Assembly (NCBI GenBank): GCA_964016885.1
Contig: OZ024741.1
Span: forward strand, 91,822,001-91,886,000
Length of the DNA: 64,000 nt
Direction of reading: 5' to 3'
From: Eledone cirrhosa
Taxonomy: Eukaryota
Within the stretch, counting starts at the first letter, position 1; each line of letters starts with the position of its first letter. Under the pieces are notes generated by a model, which saw nothing but the letters and a program-made list of their open reading frames with translations, had not been told where the DNA came from and made no database searches. Shown here one piece after another: positions 51,469 through 64,000 of the stretch. Both the position numbers and the translations under genes were made by a program.

Positions 51469-54150
51469 TGAATAAATGTGTCGTTCCTCAATCTAACAAA
51501 GAGAGCGCTGTATACTTGATAGAGTTCGAATAAATCTTCTATGGCTGAATCTAATCTTCTTTCAATAGGGTTAGTTTGATAGCAGACTGACTCTACCAAG
51601 ATAAATTGCCTCAGCTAAATTACATGAGATATGAGAAATTTTTACTTCAGTGTTCAACAAGCCAGTATGTTACGGAATTCATATATTTGAGACGGTACTT
51701 TTGTAAAAAAAGAAAATGAATTATTTCTAAGCTTCCAACTCCTGTAAAAAATACTTATACCAAGATATTTTCTATATCATATAGCCAGTTTATTAATCTT
51801 CAACCGATTGGATAAGTGTTACTAGATTACATATGTATCACTACATACAAGAGCATTAACGCTATTTCCATGGCAGGTTTTATACTCTTCCTAGGAGCCA
51901 TCTTGGTGGGATGCAATATATTATAACCAGATGCCCTTTCTTGGGCCAACCCTTTTAGTTGTCTCTTATGTTACACAAAGATATTGTATACCTATTCTGA
52001 ACAGGATACACCCAATATATATTTAGTATGTAAAACAACATAAAAACACGTTTTCATAACAATTATTCATTTCCTTTTTACTTGTTCCTTTTCTTTGCTT
52101 TAAAATAGATCCTAACATCAAATTATCATAAAAAGTGTAAAGAGTTATTTTATTTTGATATTTTTTACTTTACTTCATAATCATAATTACGATTCAATAT
52201 TCTGAATTTTAAATAAGGTATCTTAATAGTAAAAATACGTTTTTTTAATCCAAAATTTCTTATATATTCTCATTATGTTCAATTGTGTAGATACAGAAAT
52301 ATGATCATAATTCTGGTTATCAAAATGGACAGGAAATGTGCGTACAAAGTTGTAAGTTATCTTGCTCAAACAGCAAGTTGCAAATTTATATTTTATATTT
52401 TAGTTCCTTCATTTATTTCTGTATCAGCGTTTGGTGGATGCGGATGGCAATAATTCTTGAAGAAGATATTGAATAACTATTAAACTAAGATGAATAACAA
52501 GGATCAGATAGCGTTCATAGGACAATAATCAACTTTGACGAAGCCGGATTCACGTAAGGATGGTTACTGAAACTAATTACGTATATGTTAGCCAATGTAA
52601 TACAAGTAGATTTATAATATTGGTGAAGATGAAATAAGATCTTTACTGATGACAACAATGTAATAGACGAGAATATTTAACATCGTTATGAGGAAATTAA
52701 ATAAGAGATATATGACATATGAACTTATTTCTATCCACGGAAGAGTTGTTGAAATGTGATGAAATTACTCTAATAGTTACTATATCGGCAAACGTTATCG
52801 CTTTCGGGGAATATATTAGGTGACTTCCTAGATAAACGAGTCTGAGAGCGCGTGGCTTAGTAGTTAGGGAGTTCGCATCTCACGTGTGTATGCTGCTGTT
52901 CTTGGGAATAAATAATACGATTAAAATTCTAAGAGTCTCTATACAGAATCCAATTATCTCTGGTGTGACTATTTCACATATATAGTATTACCAATAATTG
53001 ATTCTACTTTTGGCACAAGGCCAGCAATTACCCAGTGCATTACTGGTACTTTATTTTATCGACCCCGTAAGGATGAAAGGCAAAGTTAACCTCGGCGGGA
53101 TTTGAACTCAGAATGGCAAGGGCCATAACTCTATGCATCAAAGCATGGTAACCAATAATGCATCTTAATGATTGGTTTTCTGATCGGTGCCATGAAATAT
53201 TTTCGTCCTGATAACTGGTTGAGTCTTTTGCTGTTGCTACATATGAAAGCCTTCAGTTATGGTTAAAGTGTTCATCTCTAAGCCTGAGCAAGGTGTACAA
53301 AACAGTTGCTTCTCAGTTGCTACATACACACACAGAAATCATAGAACGTATCCGAAAGACATGTTTTCGGCTTATTGAGCGGATGATTCAATTAACAACA
53401 CACAACATTTACTTTCTCACAGATATGTAGTTACTACTCTGTCTTTTTGTTTCTTCTGTCACCACTACAATGGTCTCTCTTCTACTCTCAACTAGCTAGC
53501 TGCATATTTGATCTACATAGTTACATCCAACATTTTGTGTTTTCCTTAACCCAGTGGTTCCCAAAGTGGGATCATCAAAGGAGTGCCTGGGGTTCCGTGA
53601 AAAAAGGTAGAGGAGTATATTTATATTACGACCATATAACATTTCTGAACCAAAAAGGGTTCCATGTTTGAAAAGGTTTGGGAAACCCTTCCTTAGTCCT
53701 ACAATCCCCTACATCCTTGGCCTTCCCCAAACTATATCCCAATCCTCACTCACTCACCCTGGACTGCTATCACTCACGTTTACCTTATAGACATCAACCT
53801 AAAGATGTCGAAACACAACATCAACCACATCAATATCACCAGTTTAGAAGGAACTGTAAACATCATGAATACTAGTCCACATGCTGTGATTATCCCAATA
53901 ATGTTTACGTAGAATCAATTAAAAGGGTCATTAGCCGATCACCTAAGAAAATAAATAATTATTATGAAAGTAAACGCATCTTCGAAGTGTTGAGCAAATT
54001 AATTTTGAATGTATGTTAGCTTGATACAGGCTGCTTCAACGTATATATATATATATGTGTCAACATGAATGGACCTGTTATTTTTATCTAAAGACATTTT
54101 TTCCAATTCCAACCCACCCGCCCCCTCAATCTATCTTATTTCTCATTCTT

Positions 54151-54186
54151 TCTTCTGATGAAGGACTAGCGTCTGAAACGTTAAGA
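54151..54186 (+). ncRNA. Minimal type I hammerhead, canonical core
   Basis: tctt-CTGATGA-a-ggac tagc gtct-GAAA-cg-TT-aaga. Confidence 0.82.
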
Positions 54187-54273
54187 CTCTCTTCCTGCTA
54201 TTTCAAGCGTTAACCTAATATATCCCATCCATATACTGTACCGATTGTGTTGTTATTTCTGTTTATCGTTTAC

Positions 54274-54362
<89 letters not shown>

Positions 54363-55194
54363 ATGAGTTTGTTTCTAGAATATATGTTAGCTTAAAGTAA
54401 GCTGCTTCCACGCAGGTTCTTTTGTCTATGAAACATAGTAGAACAAGTTGGACATAGAGCCCCCCAAAAAGACAGAAAAAGTGGACAGCATCGCCTATAG
54501 GACCCAAGCTCACACCTACCGTATGCCAGACTGCTCTGCTACCATTACACCAAAGCGACGCTGTCAACGTACCCGTCGTTATGAAGTTTTATCTATCGGC
54601 CAGTAGATGTAAACAAACAAAGCATTGAGCAAATTATGAATTTTGAATATTTGTTGGCTTAAAAAGAGCTGCTTCCGGCTCATCATGTTCTGTATTCAAA
54701 TCCCACTGAGGTAAGATTTGCCTTTTATATTTCTGGGGTCGACAAAATAAAGTACCAGCCTAGCTCTCGGGTCGTTTTAATTGACTTTTCTCTCTCCCCA
54801 AAATCACTGCACTTGTGTCTAAACTAGAAATCATTCTTTCTTTATATGAACAGACGTCAGACAAAAATGTTTTAACTAAAATGTCCTCCGTTAGTTCTTA
54901 AGTAATATCAGCTATTAAGACATTACATTAGATCCAATTATTAAGTACTTTTAGCATCTTAAAGGAATACAAGAGTTCTAATCAACTAGCTACGTTCATA
55001 ACAAATATAGCTAGAAGTGTTAGCAGGAAAATAATTAATATATCTTCCAACAAAAGAGTATTTAACATAAATGAATATAGACAAGAAAAATGAAAGAAAT
55101 CAATCCGCTCTGTATCCAATATAGCTATAAATTTTAGCATTCATCATAGAATATTCTTCACCAACCGCTTGTACCGCGAGCTTTACAATAATAT

Positions 55195-58100
55195 ATGATG
55201 GCTCCCTTCTGTCTCGATAGACAATGGATTGCGCCAGGGGGGGGGGGGGCTAGTTTGATGATAAGCAACGTCTGCTGTGACTAAACAGCCCAATTCTGGA
55301 GTGACAGTCTTTGGCACAGTTGCTACACGTGAAGGTCGATGGGTACGCCTGGGTTGTTGCTGCAGTGGTCTTCCTCTCGTCTCGCCTGTCTGACCACAGC
55401 CGCGTCCTCCTTTCCTCACCCGTGGAAACGCCTTTCCTCACTGTCCGACACCAGGCAGAGCGGTCAGCAGCTGTCTCCTCCCAGGTGTCCACACCGATGT
55501 CCGTAGTCCTCAGGTCGCGTTTGCACACATCCCTGTATCGCAGCTGTGGACGTCCTATGGATCGGGATCCTGTGGTGAGCTCACCGTACAAGATGTCTTT
55601 AGGAATGCGACCGTCCTGCATGCGGCGGACGTGCCCGAGCCAGCTGAGTCGCCTCTGCGTGAGGAGGGCGTACATGCTTGGCATATTTGTCTGGTTTAAG
55701 ATGTCTCTGTTTGGTACACGGTCCTTCCAGGAGATGCCAAGGATCCGTCCAAGACACCGCATGTGGAAGCTGTTGAAGCGGCGTTCTTGTCGTACGTATG
55801 TTGTACGTAGAGTAGGGTGCTCAGTACGCAGGCTCGGTACACTGCGATCTTGGTGGTGATGGTGAGCATGTTGTTTTCCCACACTCTCCTGGAGAGCTTA
55901 GCCATGGCAGCAGCAGCTTTCCCGATCCGTCTGTTCAGCTCCGGTTCGACAGACAGGTTGCTGGAGACTGTCGATCCCAGGTAAGTGAACTCATTCACCA
56001 CTTGCAAGCCGTGGTCGCCGACACTGATGCTGGGGACCTCTCCGACGTCCTGGCTCATGATCTCCGTCTTTTTCAGGCTGATGGTAAGGGCGAACTCTTG
56101 GCAAGCGAGTGCCAGGGAGCTGACCAGCCTCTGGAGACCTGGCTGGGTGTAGGATGTTAGGGCGGCATCGTCAGCAAAAAGGATCTCCCTGATCACCACC
56201 TGGCGTACTCTGGTCTTGGCCCTGAGGCGTGCGAGGTTGAACAGCCCGCCGTCAGACCTGGTGTGGAGGAACACTCCGTCGTCGGACGTCCTGAAGGCAT
56301 AGGACAGGACAATGAAGAAGAAAATCCCGAAGAGCGTCGGCGCCAGGACGCAACCCTGTTTCACTCCACACTGTATGGAGAACGGCTCTGAGGGTAATCC
56401 GTCAAACTGCACCGTCCCCTGCATACCGTCGTGAAAAGAGGTGATGAGTTTCAGCAGTTTTGGAGCCCCCCCCCCCCCCTGCTGACTGAGTCGAACGCCT
56501 TAGCCAGGTCGACAAAAGCCACGTAGAGGGGCTGCCTCTGCTCTCGACTCTTCTCTTGAAGCTGTCTGAGTGAGAAGATCATGTCGATTGTGGACCTCTC
56601 CGCCCTAAAGCCGCACTGGGACTCGGGGTACACACGCTCTGCAAGTATTTGCAACCTCTTCAGGACCACCCTGGCGAATGCCTTACCGACGGTGCTGAGC
56701 AGGGATATGCCTCTGTAGTTGTTGCAGTCGCTTCTGTCCCCTTTGTTTTTATACAGCATGACAATGTTTGCATCACGCATGTCCTTGGGGACAGAGCCCT
56801 CTTCCGAGCACTGGCAGAGCAGCTCGTGGAGATGGCCCAGAAGGGCTGGCTTCCCGCACTGGATGACTTCCGCAGGGATGCCGTCTTAGCCTGGTGCCTT
56901 GCCCCGAGCGAGTGAGTCAGTCGATAGCTCCGCTCAGTTCCGCCTTTGTCGGGGACAGGTCAAACTCCTCCATGACAGGCAAAGCAGAAATGCCAGCGAG
57001 GGCAGACTTGGTGACCACATTCTCAGTGGAGTAGAGGTTCTGGTAATGCTCGGCCCACCTCTCCATCTGCTTTGCTCGGTCTTTGATGACTTCGCCATCC
57101 TTGGACTTCAGTGGAGTAATCTTGCTGGCAGTGGGCCCGAATGCTTTCTTCATCCCCTCGTACATCCCTTGCACGTTACCAATGTCAGCACAGGACTGGA
57201 TGTTCTGGCATAGGTTCTGCCAGTAGGTGTTGGTGCATCGTCTGGCCGTCCTTTGGGCGTCGCTTCTGACTGTTCTCAGAGTAGCCAGATTCTTGTCCGA
57301 TGGGTCACCTTATAGTTGACCAGTACTTCCCTCTTGGCGGCAATGACAGGCTCCATCTCAGGCAGGTGAGCTTCAAACCAGTCTTGGTTTTTCCGCTCCT
57401 TATTTCTCAGGGACGACATGGCTATTCTGCAAGTGGTGTCACGGATGAGCTGCCACCTCTCCTCGATGGATGTGGCTGCGTGATCTTTAAGGGCCTCCTC
57501 CATGGAGTTGGTGAATTCTGAGCGAAGCTCTGGGTTGGTTGCCCTGGCGGTATTGATGTGTGGGCAGCTTTTCCCTCCAGTGTGGTGGATCTTCTTTGGC
57601 GCCAGTCGAACCTTGCTTCACACCAAGGAGTGGTCTGTATCACAGTCAGCACAGTGGAAGCTGCGCGTGAGAAGCACACTGCCGAGGTGGGCTCGCCTGG
57701 CGATGATGATATCTATCTGGTGCCAGTGTCCAGACCTTGGGTGCCTCCATGAGACCTGTTGTTGTGGCTTAGTCCTGAAGAATGTGTTGGAAAGGCAGAG
57801 TTTCCGGTAAGAGCAAAGCTCCAACAATCTCTGGCCATTTTCATTCATCTTTCCTACGCCGAAGCGTCCGAGGCAATCTGGCCATGCCCTATGGTCAGAT
57901 CCCACCCTTGCGTTCAAATCGCCCAGCAGGAAGATAGGCTCCGATCCTGGTATCTGGTTGATGGTGGCGTCGAGCTCCTCATAGAATCGGTCTTTTATTT
58001 CTTGAGGAGAGCAGAGTGTTGGGCCATAAACGCTAACTATGTTTACCATCCCCGATGATGTTGAAAGGCTAAGAGAGAGGACGCGCTCCGAGCCATTTGA

Positions 58101-59237
58101 GGGAGGGACTATCATGGGGAGTAAGCCGTTCCTCACGGCGAACTCGACGCCGTACTGGTGGGCCTCCTCAGGGGGTCTCCCCTGCCAGCAGAAGGTATAG
58201 TCCTTCTCCCGTAGCATGCCGTCTACGGCGAGTCTGGTCTCTTGCAGCGCCGCTATGTCAATGTTCAGTCTTTTCAATTCAGCGTTGATGACTGCTGTTT
58301 TTCTGCTGTCATTTATCTGTCGCAAGTCGTCAGTGATGCCAGGGCACATGGTCCTGACAATCCATGTGGCCAGTCGCAAGACTGGTGGCTGGGTATGCGG
58401 TTTTTGTTTATTTGGTGGTGCAGGGTTTACAGTCTGCTCCTCAGATTTTGTCCTAGGTCCAAGCACCCATTGAAGCGGGCAGACTGTGGAGGGTCAGCAC
58501 CATTATTGGCCGGGGGCTGCCCAGCTTAAGGCGGGCGGTAGCTGATTAGTAGGACTTCAATGGTCCCTCCCACCGCTAGAGACAGCCCGTAGCGCCCGGG
58601 ATTACGCCAATTGACCCGGACTTATAACTCGTAACTGCCATCTCAGCTTGTGCTGTCGCTGGAGTGGTTTCTCCATAACGCAAGCCTGGGCGGTATATAT
58701 GGAATACTGGAATATTGGACTGCCCAGACGTCAGGATCTCCCTCTCGGCCTCCCAAACGTGATCCAAAGGAATGCAATGCAGTACGTTTGGAGTCTGGTT
58801 GACTGCAGGGGTTGTCGGAAAGGGGTCGAGATTCGGCACCCTACCGCCTTAGGGGCTCCACTCCGGATTTTCTGTCTGGGTTCACTCCCATAGCCTTTCC
58901 CTCTCCCGAGAGCATCCGCAAGGCAGCGGAGCGAGGGTTTGGAGTCAGAGTTTTCCTTTTCCTAGACTGGCTGCCAACCAAGGCTAACGAGCCCAGTCTG
59001 CCCACCTGGTTATACCGCCGAGCCCCGGTCGCGCCACACAGCATGCTCAGTGAAAAAACAGAGGGTACCACGTGAAGGTGCTGCTGTGGACACAGTAGTG
59101 TAGGAGAGGCCATAAGCAAGAACTTTCCACTAGGCACAGCCAAGTAGTACTCCTGCAGCAATCACTACACCTGGAGAGGAGAGGCTCAAAGGACTGCTGG
59201 CCGATGAGAATTCCCTTGTCCGGACTTTGCTGGTTGG
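55195..59237 (-). mobile_element. Near full-length RTE-clade (BovB-like) LINE with frameshifts; ORF ~58466-55250
   Basis: APE (IAALQETRL, LLGDLNARVG, DTDHSLV); RT (NYRGISLLS, FVDLAKAFD, GVKQGCVLAP, LFADD); C-terminal C..C..SRIGLFSH; ~750-nt 5' UTR. Confidence 0.95.
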
Positions 59238-60204
59238 ATTTATTATTAATCCATGACCAGCGGATTCTCCACGGAATTTGAAACAGTACTCTACCGCCTT
59301 GGACGTGGATATTTGTACGCCGGTGTATTTTTTGTGTGCTAAACCAGGAGAATACTGGCTGTTTTAATTGATGAAATTATAAGTACTTTAACGTTTCATA
59401 TGTAAGTCTATCGACACAGTAATTACACTGTTTTCGTAGCATAGGCTACTGGCTGGGAATGTTGAGTGACAATTATAGGATTGATTGTCATCCATATATA
59501 TTGAAGCAATAACATTAATCAGATATAGAGGAACAAGTAAAACCTACCACCTAAATTCAGTTGCTGTAACACTGCATACAACATATTCAATGTTGAATAT
59601 TTCACAGAGACAGGATTATATTGAGCCAAAGTATTATTGGAAAGATGATATAAAAAAATATATCAGGCCCATATTTTACAACAGAATTAAAAGCTGTTCC
59701 CACTCCACTATCGTATTATATTTATAACAGAACAAAATAACTAAAATGAAAATACATCAGTAAGCTCATGCATTCATATTTAAAACCGAAACCGTTTGTA
59801 CAAACAAGTAGAAGTTATGTACTCTTTGCCTCTCCAAGACGTATACCATTTACTGTGTAGGAAGACATTTTCAATACAAGACGATATGATATATTGAAGT
59901 GCAGTCATGAGAATATACATCTCTTAATGAACCACTTCCAGCTATATATGTAATACAATAAGCTTCTTAGTGGGACTGGCTTCGAATAAACTACCTCTAG
60001 CAATATCTCTTAATTGTCAATGAGTCTCAGCGTGGTTCTTCGACATCAGCCTGTTGGAAATAACAAAATCATCCCCAAATCTGACGCTACCGTCTTAAAA
60101 AGAGAAGGACAAATTAGATTAGCTAGTTTTTGTTAATATTAAATCTGAGAAAAGGCAAAACCACCCCAACTGCAATTTCCTAAATCCCAGAATATCTACA
60201 TTGC

Positions 60205-60540
60205 CGTGAAGAAGCGTGGCTTAGTGGTTACTGTGCTGGGCTCACAATCATAAGGTTGTGTGTTCTATTTCTGCACCAGGTTGTGTGTTGTGATCTTGAA
60301 GAAAATACTTTATTTCATATTGCTCCAGTCCATTCGGCTGGAAGAAATTAGTTGCGATACTGGGGTTAAAGTGTATTGATCTATGCCTTTCCCGTGAACA
60401 ACGTCAGTGGTGTAGAGCGGGAATGCTGCCACGCATAAATGACAGCAGAATTTCCAAAAAGCACTTTGCCTAGGTTTCAAACTTGGAGAGGTACTTTCTA
60501 AATCCAAACCCATGATCAGTAATGACCGAAAGGTTGGAGA
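60205..60540 (+). mobile_element. tRNA-derived SINE
   Basis: gcgtggcttagtggtta..cttgaagaaaatactttatttcatattgctccagtccattc. Confidence 0.6.
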
Positions 60541-62415
60541 GAAGGCTTGTTTTTTATTCCTTCTTGGCCCTCGTTTAGTTGAATGAGAATGTTATTACCT
60601 TATAAATTTCTGGAGACATTTTATGCGTAAATGTAAGACTAATGATGAATAATGTAGTGTGGTGAGAAACAGTACATCAATTTTGTAAGATAGAAAAACA
60701 GAAATCTTCAAAATCGGATACAACAAAATTGCTGTTTTTCCGATACAATAGGTTCAAGAACTGAGCCGAATTATCCGTTTTGCCGGACTATAAATAATTC
60801 ACTAAACATATAATCAAGTAGGAAACGTTCTTCCTATCCAGCCATAACAGTATAAACTAAATCTAAAGCCACGTGGTAACCTCTTAGCGTAGATTAATTA
60901 GTCTTATGGGTCATGAGAAATTCATGTGTCCACCCGTATTGACATAATGGGGTCAGACCATCTATAGTAGGTAACTGATGTAGATTCAATACAAAATGTG
61001 AATATGAAATTATACTTATCGTCACTTCAAATATTAGAAAGTACAATAATTTTAAATGAGAACATATCTTCTGTTACTTAAGTAAATAAAGGTTTGGTTG
61101 GGTTGGGTTGGCTTGTGTTTGCCATGTCAGCATTTATGCTACTTCTCATGTTGTTCTCGTTGCCATTTTACACCGTTTCTCATAACTGACTCAACATTAT
61201 TCTGCACAGGTCAAAATGTGTAGGAAAGAAATACGGGTGTTGGTTTGTTGGCTTTTTTTTTTAATCAACACGCTGGACGAGTCATTTGAACGTTGGATTA
61301 AATACCTTTGGATTTCGACTCTCCGTGCTCTGAACCTAAATCTTTGTTTCATTCTGTTGATGCAATTGCTATTGCTAGTGGTATTGCATTTGTTGTAATA
61401 TTGATGCTAGTTCTGCTGTAGTTATTGTTGTTGATGTTGTTGTTGTTAGTGGTGGTGGTGATGGCATTAGTAATACCGTTTGACCCCCCCGTTCGGACCT
61501 AATTTCGCAGACCTATTGCCAAAAGCACTCCAGCTATGACTAACCCGTCTTTTCAGCAGTATATCAAGAACTTCGCCACCCAATGTATGTTTTTCTTCCT
61601 CGTGATATGTTTAACTGCTATTTCTAGCAGCTTAAATGACAACTTAAATGATTATTGTTATTATTTTGCCCCTATCTCGGCCCTAATCTGGCGCACTTAT
61701 GTTCTTAGGCCATTGCCATGCAGCTTTTACTTGTTTTTATGTTTACTTTTAATTGCATACTGCAGACAACATTGTCGAATGAGTCCTTATTTGTCCGTTG
61801 TAGGTCGGAGTTTAAGGAAGATTTCACTGCTATTTCTTGCATATTGGATGACCACGATGAGAATCACTCATTATTGGCTCTCGTGTCTTTTTTTATGCTG
61901 CAGAAAACGACGAAGTAGCAGAATTGTTAGACCGTCGGATAGAATGCTTTTTTTTTTCCGGCATTTGTTCCAGCTTTCTGTGTACCGAGTTCGAATCCTA
62001 CTGAGATGAACTTCACTTTTCATCCTGTCCATGTCAATATAGTATCACTTCATTATTATAGTTCATTCTTCCTTTATATCCCTTTTTTACTTCCTCTCTT
62101 TTCATCTCCCCCCTCTCTTTCTCTCTCTTCCTCTCTCTTTTTCCCTCGCTCACTCTTCAACTTTCTGTGGAAGAAATTGGTTATCTCCAGATCTGGCGAG
62201 GGATGGTCTCCGCCGCGTGTAACGACGTCTTCGCAATCAAAAAAGGGATATTTCAATTCAAACCTCCCAGAAATAGAATTAAAACTTAAACAGCTATAGT
62301 ATATTTTATTCAATGTGAAGGTTAAATAGTCTGGGTGTTTAGCTCCCGACCGTCGAGAATTAGACAGAAACTGTGTAGAAGATCGTCCAATGAATTAAAC
62401 CTGCAATTCACGGCT

Positions 62416-63985
62416 GTCCAGCCATATCACGTATGTCCAGTCATATCACGTATATTCAGCCATATCACGTATGCCCAGCCATATCACGTATGTCCAGCCA
62501 TATCACGATATGTCCAGCCATATCACGATATGTCCAGCCATATCACGTATGTCCAGCCATATCACGTATGTCCAGCCATACCACGTATGTCCAGCCATAT
62601 CACGTATGTCCAGCCATATCACGTATGCCCAGCCATATCACGTATGTCCAGCCATATCACGTATGCCCAGCCATATCACGTATGTCCAGCCATATCACGT
62701 ATGTCCAGCCATATCACGATATGTCCAGCCATATCACGTATGTCCAGCCATATCACGTATGTCCAGCCATATCACGTATGTCCAGCCATACCACGTATGT
62801 CCAGCCATATCACGTATGTCCAGCCATATCACGATATGTCCAGCCATATCACGATATGTCCAGCCATATCACGATATGTCCAGCCATATCACGATATGTC
62901 CAGCCATATCACGTATGTCCAGCCATATCACGTATGTCCAGCCATACCACGTATGTCCAGCCATATCACGTATGTTCAGCCATATCACGTATGTCCAGCC
63001 ATATCACGTATGTTCAGCCATATCACGTATGTCCAGCCATATCACGTATGTCCAGCCATATCACGATATGTCCAGCCATATCACGTATGTTCAGCCATAT
63101 CACGTATGTCCAGCCATATCACGATATGTCCAGCCATATCACGTATGTCCAGCCATATCACGATATGTCCAGCCATATCACGATATGTCCAGCCATATCA
63201 CGATATGTCCAGCCATATCACGTATGTTCAGCCATATCACGTATGTCCAGCCATATCACGATATGTCCAGCCATATCACGTATGTCCAGCCATATCACGA
63301 TATGTCCAGCCATATCACGATATGTCCAGCCATATCACGATATGTCCAGCCATATCACGATATGTCCAGCCATATCACGTATGTCCAGCCATATCACGAT
63401 ATGTCCAGCCATATCACGTATGTCCAGCCATATCACGTATGTTCAGCCATATCCCGATATGTCCAGCCATATCACATATGTCCAGCCATATCACGTATGT
63501 TCAGCCATATCACGTATGTCCAGCCATATCACGTATGTCCAGCCATATCACGTATGTCCAGCCATATCACGTATGTTCAGCCATATCCCGATATGTCCAG
63601 CCATATCACGATATGTCCAGCCATATCACGTATGTCCAGCCATATCACGATATGTCCAGCCATATCACGTATGTCCAGCCATATCACGATATGTCCAGCC
63701 ATATCACGTATGTCCAGCCATATCATGTATGTTCAGCCATATCACGATATGTCCAGCCATATGACGATATGTCCAGCCATATCACGATATGTCCAGCCAT
63801 ATCACGATATGTCCAGCCATATCACGTATGTCCAGCCATATCACGATATGTCCAGCCATATCACGTATGTCCAGCCATATCACGATATGTCCAGCCATAT
63901 CACGTATGTCCAGCCATATCACGATATGTCCAGCCATATCACGTATGTCCAGCCATATCACGATATGTCCAGCCATATCACGTAT
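62416..63985 (+). repeat. Satellite of mixed 19-bp (gtccagccatatcacgtat) and 20-bp (gtccagccatatcacgatat) units, about 80 copies
   Basis: Direct reading; both array ends lie inside the window. Confidence 0.97.
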
Positions 63986-64000
63986 TGTATCATGCTGAAT

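Noticed and set aside
62433-63764. 443-aa repetitive ORF, or a CRISPR-like array
   Set aside because: The satellite unit lacks stop codons by composition, and the 19/20-bp units shift frame freely. There are no unique spacers and no cas genes.

Overview
AT-rich, microsatellite-laden eukaryotic DNA, most likely cephalopod/octopus (inferred from the recurring SINE cores and the repeat landscape, not proven). I found no convincing host protein-coding gene. The window is a nested retrotransposon graveyard. It holds a near-intact Penelope-like element (RT + GIY-YIG) with inverted terminal repeats, at least four more GIY-YIG remnants, a Helitron PIF1 remnant, three Tx1/L1-like copies, three R4/Dong-like RT+REL elements (one interrupted by a CRE-like fragment), a near full-length RTE element, tRNA-type SINEs, a 5S rRNA pseudogene and a 19/20-bp satellite. 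The main signal absent from the ORF track is a dense set of minimal type I hammerhead ribozyme motifs, about 12 fairly well formed plus several degenerate ones. They have palindromic stem III, sometimes very long stem II inserts, and recurrent non-canonical cores (U3-A8 covariation; CCGAAGA). All structures were folded by eye and none has been tested.
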